Assembly: GCA_035288805.1 (NCBI GenBank)
Contig: DATDZG010000023.1
Location: 15,669 to 79,668, forward strand
DNA from: Candidatus Nanoarchaeia archaeon
Lineage (GTDB): Archaea; Nanobdellota; Nanobdellia; SCGC-AAA011-G17; GW2011-AR20
Direction: 5' to 3'
DNA: 64,000 nucleotides
Positions 9,201-17,448 of this stretch are shown piece by piece (positions within the stretch are counted from its first letter, which is position 1; each line of letters begins with the position of its first letter). Position numbers and translations under genes: made by a program. The notes below the pieces were generated by a model. It did not search any database and was not told the DNA's origin. It saw only the letters and a list, made by a program, of their open reading frames with translations.

Positions 9201-9809
9201 TTAGAATTTCCATTCCAATCCCGCAGCAACACCTGTTTTCTCTTTCATTTTAAATCCACTATATCTCCCTTCAACAACCCCGTACAATCCTTTTCTTATT
9301 CTTTTCCCCGCTTGAAGTTCAGCAACAATATTCCCATGTTTAATGTTCCAATCCAAGAATCCTTCTGCATAAAGACCTTTTATAAACTCCCTATGCCCAT
9401 AAATTCCAACCTGCATCCCAACATCGTTATTTGCAAAAGGGTATAATTTTACTCCAGGCAGCCCCATTCCAGGCTCGTAAACAACACCAGTTCTGAAAAC
9501 ATTGGGCTTGCCGAATTGTTTGTTTAACTCAATTGCAACGCCTAATCCACAAACATTCTTTCTTGCAAATTTCACTTCTGCATAAGGGAGTTGCAGATTA
9601 TCTCTATTTTCACTGGGAGCGATTGATTCAACGAATCCAAAAGTATCAAACCATCCAAGTTTACCTCCACCCGTTAAACTCAATGTTGAATAATCTCTTG
9701 AGTCATGCTGTACAGTAGTTTTTGCCCACATTCCCGCATCAGTCTCTCTGGCTAGTAAAACCCCGGCGATTAATACGCCAATTCCTAATTTTCTGATTTT
9801 AATCTTCAT
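9201..9809 (-). CDS. Secreted predicted beta-barrel protein
   Basis: Signal peptide, alternating hydrophobic strands, C-terminal GLEWKF. Confidence 0.6.
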   Translation of the reverse strand: MKIKIRKLGIGVLIAGVLLARETDAGMWAKTTVQHDSRDYSTLSLTGGGKLGWFDTFGFVESIAPSENRDNLQLPYAEVKFARKNVCGLGVAIELNKQFGKPNVFRTGVVYEPGMGLPGVKLYPFANNDVGMQVGIYGHREFIKGLYAEGFLDWNIKHGNIVAELQAGKRIRKGLYGVVEGRYSGFKMKEKTGVAAGLEWKF

Positions 9810-9876
9810 CTTTACCTCCTAATCATTGATATATATTTACTATAAAGTAGTAAAGAAATATATGATATTTAAGCAT

Positions 9877-9900
9877 TAACTCTCCAATATTAGAGAGTTA
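9877..9900. promoter_or_regulatory. Inverted repeat in divergent promoter region (candidate TrmB operator)
   Basis: taactctc-N8-gagagtta. Confidence 0.55.
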
Positions 9901-9937
9901 TAGAAAGCTTTAAGAAAAACAAGATTAGCTAAATAAT

Positions 9938-10660
9938 ATGGACATTTCAGCATTAGAAGATTTAGGATTAAGCAAGGGTGAAAGCAAAGTTTATCTTAGA
10001 TTATTAGAACTAGGAACCACGAAGGTCGGTACAGTTATAGAAAAAACCGGCATGGCGAGCTCTGCAGTTCATAATTCTTTAAACATCTTATTGGAAAAAG
10101 GTTGCATTTCATATATAAAAAAAGGAAAAATAAAATATTATCAAGCAACCAATCCCAAATATTTTTTAAATGTCATCGAAGAAAAAAAGAAAAACTTCCA
10201 GAAAATTCTGCCGGAACTAATTCAAAAGCAAAAACCGAGGGAGAAAAACGAAGCAGAAATTTACATAGGATTTAAGGGTGTTACAAACATGCTCTCAGAA
10301 ATGGTCGAAGATGGTAAAAAAAATGATGAATATGTGTTCTTCTCAGCCGACATCGAATTCATGAACAAAGAAATACAAGATTTTTTCAGAAAATTTGACC
10401 CAAAAAGAAAGGAAAAAGGATTAACAACAAGAGCCCTAGCCCCATTAAAATTGAAGAAATATTATGAATCGAGGGCAAAAAAAGGATTTTTTGAAGTAAG
10501 ATATACAACCCAGCCTCTCCCACCAAATATGGCTATATTCAAAGATAAAATCTCTTTATTAACATGGGGGGAGAAACCAGTTGCATTTTTGATACATTCC
10601 ACCCAACTAGCTGAAATCTACAAGAGATTCTTCAATCTGCTCTGGGAGAAATATAAGTGA
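9938..10660 (+). CDS. TrmB-family transcriptional regulator
   Basis: LEDLGLSKGESKVYLRLLELG wHTH plus C-terminal PLD-like effector domain. Confidence 0.88.
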   Translation: MDISALEDLGLSKGESKVYLRLLELGTTKVGTVIEKTGMASSAVHNSLNILLEKGCISYIKKGKIKYYQATNPKYFLNVIEEKKKNFQKILPELIQKQKPREKNEAEIYIGFKGVTNMLSEMVEDGKKNDEYVFFSADIEFMNKEIQDFFRKFDPKRKEKGLTTRALAPLKLKKYYESRAKKGFFEVRYTTQPLPPNMAIFKDKISLLTWGEKPVAFLIHSTQLAEIYKRFFNLLWEKYK

Positions 10661-10695
10661 AAAGGTTTAAAAAAGAAGAGGTATAAAGAGTTACA

Positions 10696-12468
10696 ATGTT
10701 CCCAACATCATTCAGAACAAATACATGCGGAGAATTGAATTCTAAATCAACCAACAAGCAGGTAAAGCTCTGCGGCTGGGTTTCAACCCGAAGAGACCAT
10801 GGGGGAATAATCTTCATAGACCTAAGAGACAGATACGGAATAACTCAAATTGTTTTTGACCCTGCATTCAACAAAGAAACAACTTCGCTGGCTTCCACAT
10901 TAAGAAGAGAAGACTGCATTCAGGTTCTTGGAACAGTAAAGGCAAGAAAAAAAGGCATGGAAAATAAAAACTTGCAAACAGGAGAGATTGAGGTTTTCAG
11001 CAGTTCCTTAAATATCATCAGCAAATCAGAAACACCCCCAATAGAAATCGATGACAGAATCATAGCAAAAGAAGATACAAGGTTAAAATATCGTTATTTA
11101 GATTTACGAAGACCAATCATGCAGCGCAATATTCTATTCAAAAGCAAGGTTCTTCAAGAAGTAAGAAAATATTTTATAGCAAATGGTTTTGTAGAAATTC
11201 AAACCCCTTTATTAGTGAAACCAACACCGGAAGGAGCCCGTGATTATATTGTTCCAAGTAGAGTCAACCCAGGAAAATTCTACGCATTACCCCAAAGCCC
11301 TCAATTATACAAGCAAATCCTAATGATTTCAGGATTCGATAGATATTTCCAGGCTCCAGCTCCTTGTTTACGAGATGAAGATTTAAGAGCAGACAGACAG
11401 CCAGAGCATAATCAGATAGATTTAGAAATGTCCTTCGTATCATCCCAAGACATAAGAGAGTTCATAGAATCTTTCTACAAACATTTATTCAAGGAAATAT
11501 TAAAAATTAAATTAGAAAAGTTCCCAGTCCTAACTTATCAAGAATGTATAGACAAATATGGCAATGATAAGCCAGATTTAAGATTCAAACTAGAATTAAC
11601 AGAAGTATCAGAAATTGTCAAAGACTCAGAATTTTCAGTGTTCAAAGATGTAATAAAAAACAAAGGAATTGTCAAATGTATCAATCCTGAAAAAGAGTTC
11701 ACAAGAACGGATTTGGAGTCATTAACAGAATTTTGCATCAAAGCAGGTGCAAAGGGAATGGCTTACCTCCAATTCAAAAACAATAAATTAGAAGGAAGCA
11801 TCTCAAAATATCTCTCAGAAAAAATCCAGAAAGAATTAATAAAAGCAACAGGTGCAAAAAAAGGCTACTTATTATTCATAGCAGACAAACCAAAGAAAAC
11901 AAACTCAGTTTTATCAGAGTTAAGAAATAAACTTGGAAAAGAACTAGGATTAATCAAAGAAAATGATTTCAAATTCCTATGGATTGTAGATTTTCCATTA
12001 TTTAGTTATAACGAAGATTCACAATCCTGGGAGCCAGAGCATCACATGTTCACGAGTCCAAAACCAGAGCATTTAAAGTTCTTGGAATCAGACCCTGGAA
12101 AAGTTCTCGGTGATTTATACGACATAGTATTAAACGGCACAGAATTAGGCTCAGGTTCAATAAGAATCAACCGTCCAGAAATCCAGGAAGAAGTAATGAA
12201 AATTATTGGCATGACACATGAACAAGCCCACAAGAAATTCGGATTCCTTCTCAACGCATATAACTACGCAGGTCCTGTTCATGGAGGTATGGGATTAGGA
12301 TTTGATAGATTAGTTGCTTTAATGCTCGGCTATAATGATATCAGAGAGGTTATTGCATTTCCAAAAAACAAAGAAGCTCAAAATCCAATGGATGATTGTC
12401 CAGCAGAAGTTGATGAAAAGCAGTTGAAAGAAACACATATCAAGCTTAATCTGGAGAAAAAGAAATAA
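10696..12468 (+). CDS. aspS: Aspartate-tRNA(Asp/Asn) ligase, bacterial type
   Basis: RRDHGG, RLKYRYLDLRR, PEGARDY, ALPQSPQ, RDEDLRADRQPE, GAD insert; 590 aa. Confidence 0.95.
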   Translation: MFPTSFRTNTCGELNSKSTNKQVKLCGWVSTRRDHGGIIFIDLRDRYGITQIVFDPAFNKETTSLASTLRREDCIQVLGTVKARKKGMENKNLQTGEIEVFSSSLNIISKSETPPIEIDDRIIAKEDTRLKYRYLDLRRPIMQRNILFKSKVLQEVRKYFIANGFVEIQTPLLVKPTPEGARDYIVPSRVNPGKFYALPQSPQLYKQILMISGFDRYFQAPAPCLRDEDLRADRQPEHNQIDLEMSFVSSQDIREFIESFYKHLFKEILKIKLEKFPVLTYQECIDKYGNDKPDLRFKLELTEVSEIVKDSEFSVFKDVIKNKGIVKCINPEKEFTRTDLESLTEFCIKAGAKGMAYLQFKNNKLEGSISKYLSEKIQKELIKATGAKKGYLLFIADKPKKTNSVLSELRNKLGKELGLIKENDFKFLWIVDFPLFSYNEDSQSWEPEHHMFTSPKPEHLKFLESDPGKVLGDLYDIVLNGTELGSGSIRINRPEIQEEVMKIIGMTHEQAHKKFGFLLNAYNYAGPVHGGMGLGFDRLVALMLGYNDIREVIAFPKNKEAQNPMDDCPAEVDEKQLKETHIKLNLEKKK

Positions 12469-12504
12469 GTTAATTATTTAAAGCTTAAAAGTGTAGCTTG
12501 TTCT

Positions 12505-12801
12505 ATGAAATCTAAAAAACTCAAACTCAAAAAAAGTACATTAATCAAGATTATTAAAATACTTAGAAGGTATGATGTAAAAAAAGCAGGTATATTCGGC
12601 AGCTATGCAAGAGGAGAAGCTGGAAAAAGAAGTGATATTGATATATTAGTCCAGCCACCTAGAGGAATGGGACTTGAATTTGTTGGAATGAAACTTGAGT
12701 TAGAAGAAAAACTGGGTAAAAAAGTGGATTTAGTTACCTACAAATACATTCACCCCTATCTAAAAAAATATATTTTAGCTGACCATATAAGGATATTATG
12801 A
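12505..12801 (+). CDS. Minimal nucleotidyltransferase (MNT) antitoxin
   Basis: FGSYARGE..SDIDILV. Confidence 0.9.
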   Translation: MKSKKLKLKKSTLIKIIKILRRYDVKKAGIFGSYARGEAGKRSDIDILVQPPRGMGLEFVGMKLELEEKLGKKVDLVTYKYIHPYLKKYILADHIRIL

Positions 12802-12938
12802 ACAAACACAAAGATTTACCTTACCTGAAGCATATCAGAGACGCAATCAATGATATTCCAAAATTAAAGAAAGAAATTCTAAAGATTCTCAAAGAGTTTG
12901 AAAATCAGGAAAAAAACAAAAAGAGGGCAAAAGAATGA
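12798..12938 (+). pseudogene. Internally deleted HepT/DUF86 toxin remnant (46 codons)
   Basis: MNKHKDLPYLKHIRDAINDI fused to PKLKKEILKIL; ATGA overlaps at both ends; no RNxxxH core. Confidence 0.7.
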
Positions 12939-13219
12939 ACCTAGACAAAGAATTAATAAAAAAAGTTGCTAAAAATTCAAGATTGGAATTAACCGAGGAA
13001 GAAATCAAAGAATTCTTGCCTCAATTAAAAGAAATCTTGTCTTCATTCTCCAAGTTGCAGGAATTAGACACGGAAAAAGTAAAGCCTTCATTCCAGCCTT
13101 TAGAAATAAAAAATATTCTTAGAGAGGATAAACCATTGCCATGCAAATCCCAAGAAGAGATTCTCTCAAACACAAATCTAAAACAAGATGGTTATTTTAA
13201 GGGACCTAAGGCGTTGTAA
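12935..13219 (+). CDS. gatC: Asp/Glu-tRNA amidotransferase subunit C
   Basis: KVAKNSRLELTEEE, LRED, YFKGPK. Confidence 0.93.
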   Translation: MNLDKELIKKVAKNSRLELTEEEIKEFLPQLKEILSSFSKLQELDTEKVKPSFQPLEIKNILREDKPLPCKSQEEILSNTNLKQDGYFKGPKAL

Positions 13220-13271
13220 CATATAGAACATTAATCTAAAACCTTAAAAATACCTCCATCTTATTAAAAGT

Positions 13272-13631
13272 ATGGAAGAAATAAAAAGATGGTTAAATCA
13301 AGCTGAAAGAGATTTGACCACTGCGAACAACAGCTTCAAAAGCAAAGATTATTATGCTGCTGCATATTGGGCTCAACAGGTTGCTGAAAAAGCTTTGAAA
13401 GCATTACTCATTAAAAATACCGGTCAATTCCCAAAAATTCATGAACTCACAAGACTTGCCAAGCTAGCAAATGCTCCATCTAATATCATAGATTTATGTG
13501 CAAAAATAAATCCTTCTTATACAGATTCACGTTATCCCGATTCTTTTAAACCATATTCCAAAAAAGAAAGTAGAGAAACTTTAGAGTATACAAAAGAGGT
13601 GCTGAAATGGACAAAAGAAAATCTCAAATAA
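13272..13631 (+). CDS. HEPN-domain protein
   Basis: AQQVAEKALKALL, KIHEL, SRYPD. Confidence 0.9.
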   Translation: MEEIKRWLNQAERDLTTANNSFKSKDYYAAAYWAQQVAEKALKALLIKNTGQFPKIHELTRLAKLANAPSNIIDLCAKINPSYTDSRYPDSFKPYSKKESRETLEYTKEVLKWTKENLK

Positions 13632-13930
13632 TCCAAAAATTAAAAAATTTCAAGAAAATGGCATCTACAGAAGTAGTCCCTATAGATGAAATGTATTTCT
13701 TCGGCTCAAGAGCATCAGGAAAGCCGCATAAATACAGCGATATTGATGTAATTCTGGTTTCAAAAAAATTCAAAGGAAAAGGACATCTTGAAAGGGCTCC
13801 AAAGTTTTATGTTAAATGGAATCTTGATTACCCTGTAGATTTTCTTTGCTATACTCCTCAAGAGTTTAATAAATTAAAGAAACAAGTTTCAATTGTCAGA
13901 GAAGCAATACAACATGGAATTAAAATATGA
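13607..13930 (+). CDS. MNT nucleotidyltransferase
   Basis: FGSRASG..SDIDVILVS, PVDFLCYTPQEF. Confidence 0.9.
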   Translation: MDKRKSQIIQKLKNFKKMASTEVVPIDEMYFFGSRASGKPHKYSDIDVILVSKKFKGKGHLERAPKFYVKWNLDYPVDFLCYTPQEFNKLKKQVSIVREAIQHGIKI

Positions 13931-13933
13931 TTC

Positions 13934-14128
13934 TTAAAAGTAAACAAAGCCATCCTTCCAGCCATTGGAAATAAAAAACATCCTCAGAGAATACACGCCA
14001 TTGAAATCTCCAATCGAACCTGATTTACCAACATCAACCCCTCTTACTTTATCCCCAAAGTATTGCTGACATCCGGAGATAAACAGTACTGCAAAAACTA
14101 AAAGAACAATCAACCCTCTTTTACTCAT
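13934..14128 (-). CDS. Short lipobox-bearing ORF, probably a truncated lipoprotein gene
   Basis: MSKRGLIVLLVFAVLFISGC; 3' third is antisense of the gatC fragment. Confidence 0.5.
   Translation of the reverse strand: MSKRGLIVLLVFAVLFISGCQQYFGDKVRGVDVGKSGSIGDFNGVYSLRMFFISNGWKDGFVYF
13944..14009 (+). pseudogene. Diverged duplicate fragment of gatC
   Basis: Encodes TKPSFQPLEIKNILREYTPLKS, matching gatC 13082-13126. Confidence 0.8.
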
Positions 14129-14182
14129 AATTTATGAATAATAAAAGGATATTTAAATTCTATTGTTTTCCTAGTAAGAAGA

Positions 14183-14225
14183 GTGGTTGCCTTGGGTTGA
14201 TAAGGGAACCGCTGGGAACCCTTAT
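14183..14225 (+). repeat. Repeat modules F+C, copy 1
   Basis: gtggttgccttgggttgat overlapping ataaggg-aa-cc-gctg-gg-aa-cccttat, abutting the gatA ATG. Confidence 0.75.
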
Positions 14226-15602
14226 ATGCAAATCCAGGAATACATTAAAAAAGTTCAAAATAAAGAAATCTCTCCAGTAAAAACAATCAAAGCAATTCTC
14301 AAAGAAGCAAAAGAAACCAACAAGGAATATAGATACTTCAACACATTCTCAGAAGAACTTGCTTTAGAATTAGCAGAAGCCCAAGAAAAACAGCCAAAAG
14401 GAAAACTCGCAGGTTTGCCAGTCTCAATCAAAGATTGCATCTGCGTAAAAGGTGTAGAATCCACAGCAGGAAGCTATATCTTAAAAGGTTACAAGCCATT
14501 TTTTAACGCAACAGTAATTGATAAATTAATACAAGAAGGTGCAATAATTATAGGAAAAACCTCTCAAGATGAATTCGGATTTGGTTCTTTCAACACAAAC
14601 ATATCAATTGACAGACTCCCTCCAAAAAATCCAATAGACAAAAACAGAGTTACAGGCGGTTCATCAGGCGGTTCAGCCGGTTTCACAGCAATCACCCAGC
14701 ACCCCCACGTATCAATAGCAGAATCCACAGGAGGTTCAATTTCCTCACCATCATCTTTCTGCGGAGTTTCTGGTTTAACACCAACTTATGGTTTAATTTC
14801 AAGATATGGATTAATAGATTACGCAAACTCATTAGATAAAATTGGTATAATGGCAAAATCTTCTTTAGAAATCCAACCAATCCTAGATGTCATCAAAGGC
14901 AATGACAAGAAAGATTCAACATCATTAACCCAAGATATAAGCAAAAACAAAGAAGTTAAAAAAATAGCAATAATAAAAGAATCATTAAACATTGATAAAG
15001 AAGTAAAATCAATCATCCTAGAAAGTTTAAAAGAAAAAAATATCAAATACGAATTAATCTCTTTGCCTTTAACAGAAAAATACTCACTAGCAACTTATTA
15101 CATTATAGCAATGTCAGAAGCATCAACAAATCTGGCAAAATACTCAGGAATTAGATATGGCCTGCAAGAAGAACTCAAAGGAAATTTTGATGAATATTTT
15201 TCTAAAATCAGGTCAAAAGCATTCAATAAAGAATCTAAAAGAAGGATTATCTTGGGAACATTTGCAAGAATGTCAGGATTCCGAGACCAATATTACTTAA
15301 AAGCAATGAAAGTAAGAACCTTAATAATTGAAGAATACAAAAATGCTTTCAAAAAATACGACTTATTATTATCACCAACAATGCCCATCATCGCTCCAAA
15401 GTTCTCCGAGGTCAATAAACTAACACCGATGCAAAATTACATGATGGATATTTTAACCGTTGGTCCAAACTTAGCAGGCTTGCCACATTTATCAGTCAAC
15501 ATAGGATTCCAAAAGAAAATGCCTATAGGGTTGCAAATAATCAGCAATCATCTAAATGAAAACAAACTCTTCACAATAGGAGAAAAAATCGAGGATAATT
15601 AA
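14226..15602 (+). CDS. gatA: Asp/Glu-tRNA amidotransferase subunit A
   Basis: IKD, GGSSGGS, STGGSI amidase signature; start at ATG 14226. Confidence 0.95.
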   Translation: MQIQEYIKKVQNKEISPVKTIKAILKEAKETNKEYRYFNTFSEELALELAEAQEKQPKGKLAGLPVSIKDCICVKGVESTAGSYILKGYKPFFNATVIDKLIQEGAIIIGKTSQDEFGFGSFNTNISIDRLPPKNPIDKNRVTGGSSGGSAGFTAITQHPHVSIAESTGGSISSPSSFCGVSGLTPTYGLISRYGLIDYANSLDKIGIMAKSSLEIQPILDVIKGNDKKDSTSLTQDISKNKEVKKIAIIKESLNIDKEVKSIILESLKEKNIKYELISLPLTEKYSLATYYIIAMSEASTNLAKYSGIRYGLQEELKGNFDEYFSKIRSKAFNKESKRRIILGTFARMSGFRDQYYLKAMKVRTLIIEEYKNAFKKYDLLLSPTMPIIAPKFSEVNKLTPMQNYMMDILTVGPNLAGLPHLSVNIGFQKKMPIGLQIISNHLNENKLFTIGEKIEDN

Positions 15603-16028
15603 ATGGAACATCTCGCAATTATGAAAAAATCCTGGAAGTTGACAGAGAAGATAGTTACAGGAGAAAAGAAAATCGAATCTCGCTGGTATAAACAAAAACG
15701 AGCACCATGGGATAAAATCAAAGCAGGAGATAGAATCTATTTCAAAGATTCAGGCGAGCCTGTAAGTATTTTGGCAACAGCAGAAAAAATACTGCAATTT
15801 CAAGATTTAAATCCAAAGAAGGTAAAAGAAATAATAACAAAGTATGGAAAAGCGATTGCTTTCCAAAATCCAGAAGCATCATTCAACATGAACAAGGACA
15901 AAAAATATTGTATGTTAATTTATCTAAAAAATCCGAAAAAAATCCAACCATTCAACATAGACAAAAAAGGCTTTGGCAGCATGTCTGCTTGGATTTCTCT
16001 AAATTCCATAGAGGAGATAAGAAAATGA
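15603..16028 (+). CDS. ASCH/PUA-like domain protein
   Basis: IVTGEKKIESR..IKAGDRIYF. Confidence 0.85.
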   Translation: MEHLAIMKKSWKLTEKIVTGEKKIESRWYKQKRAPWDKIKAGDRIYFKDSGEPVSILATAEKILQFQDLNPKKVKEIITKYGKAIAFQNPEASFNMNKDKKYCMLIYLKNPKKIQPFNIDKKGFGSMSAWISLNSIEEIRK

Positions 16029-17371
16029 AAATAGGCTTAGAAATACATTGTCAGATTAATACTAAAACTAAAGCATTCTGCTCTTGCCCAACACAAGGAA
16101 ACGAGCAACCAAACACAAGATGCTGTGAAATCTGCACAGGTCAGCCAGGAAGCAAACCATCACTAAACAAAGAGGCTCTCTGGAAAGCTCTAAAAGTTGC
16201 AAAAGCATTAAATTGCATTATCAACAAAACAAACTTCTTCTCAAGAAAATCTTATTTTTACCCGGATTTAGCAAAAAACTACCAAATCTCTCAATACGAA
16301 TTGCCATTAGCAATCCACGGAGATTTCCAAGGAATAAAAATCTCTAGGATTCATTTAGAAGAAGACCCAGGTGCATTGATTCATAAAGAAAATTATTGTC
16401 TAATAGACTATAACAGGTCAGGAATTCCTTTAATAGAAGTTGTAACAGAACCAGATATTGAATCTCCAAAACAAGCAAGAGAATTCTTAAAGCAATTAAT
16501 CACTGTCTTAGAATACTTAGAGGTCTATGATAAAAAATCAGAAGCAACTCTAAAAGCGGATTTAAATATTTCAACAACAGGAGAAAAAGTAGAAATAAAA
16601 AATGTCAATGGATTGCAGGATATCGAATTAGCATTAGAATACGAAGGCAATAGACAATTAAAGCAGCCAGCAAAGCAGCAAGAAACCAGAGGTTGGAATT
16701 CAGAGTCAAGAACAACTTTCTTACAAAGAACAAAAGAATCAGAAGCTGATTATGGTTATATTGCCGAGCCTGATTTGCCTATAATCGTCCTCTCCGAAGG
16801 AGAGCTTGCCTTAATAAAAATCCCAGAACTGGCAACAGAAAAATCATCAAGATTCCAGAAAAGCTACAAAATAGACAAAGCAGATGCAGAAGTACTGTCA
16901 AAAAATAAAAAATTAGCAGATTTATTTGAACAAGTCTCAAAAAAAGTCTCTGCAGAAATAGCCTCAAAATGGGTTATAAGAGACATTGTTAAACAGTGCA
17001 ACATTACAAAAAAACGCATCGAAGACCTAAACATCAAACCCCAAAATATTATCGAACTCTTATCTCTATTCGAGAAAAAACAAATAACAGATAACACTGC
17101 TAAAGAAATATTAAGAAAGTTAGTGGAAGAATCTCCATTCTCCCCAGAAGAATACATTCGCAGGAATAATCTCTTAATGAAATCTGATAATAGCAAATTA
17201 GAATCTTGGTGTAAAGAAGCAATCAAGCAATCACCAGAAGCAGTGCAGGAATATAAATCAGGCAACCAAAAATCATTAAACTTCATCATGGGAAAAGTGA
17301 TGCAGCTATCAAACAAAACAGCCAACCCTCAAGAGGTAGTAAAAACCCTGAAAAGACTTATAAATAAGTAA
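16025..17371 (+). CDS. gatB: Asp/Glu-tRNA amidotransferase subunit B
   Basis: IGLEIH, YFYPDL, IHLEEDPG, DYNRSGIPLIEVVTEPD, YqeY tail; start ATG 16025. Confidence 0.95.
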   Translation: MKIGLEIHCQINTKTKAFCSCPTQGNEQPNTRCCEICTGQPGSKPSLNKEALWKALKVAKALNCIINKTNFFSRKSYFYPDLAKNYQISQYELPLAIHGDFQGIKISRIHLEEDPGALIHKENYCLIDYNRSGIPLIEVVTEPDIESPKQAREFLKQLITVLEYLEVYDKKSEATLKADLNISTTGEKVEIKNVNGLQDIELALEYEGNRQLKQPAKQQETRGWNSESRTTFLQRTKESEADYGYIAEPDLPIIVLSEGELALIKIPELATEKSSRFQKSYKIDKADAEVLSKNKKLADLFEQVSKKVSAEIASKWVIRDIVKQCNITKKRIEDLNIKPQNIIELLSLFEKKQITDNTAKEILRKLVEESPFSPEEYIRRNNLLMKSDNSKLESWCKEAIKQSPEAVQEYKSGNQKSLNFIMGKVMQLSNKTANPQEVVKTLKRLINK

Positions 17372-17390
17372 GTACTATCATCGTAATCAC

Positions 17391-17431
17391 TTTCTTTTTC
17401 CCGAGGGTTTTTCTTTGGGAAAGAAAAAGGC
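17391..17431 (+). repeat. T-rich palindromic repeat family D
   Basis: tttctttttcccgagggtttttctttgggaaagaaaaagg. Confidence 0.65.
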
Positions 17432-17448
17432 TCAGAGGTGGTAAATCA

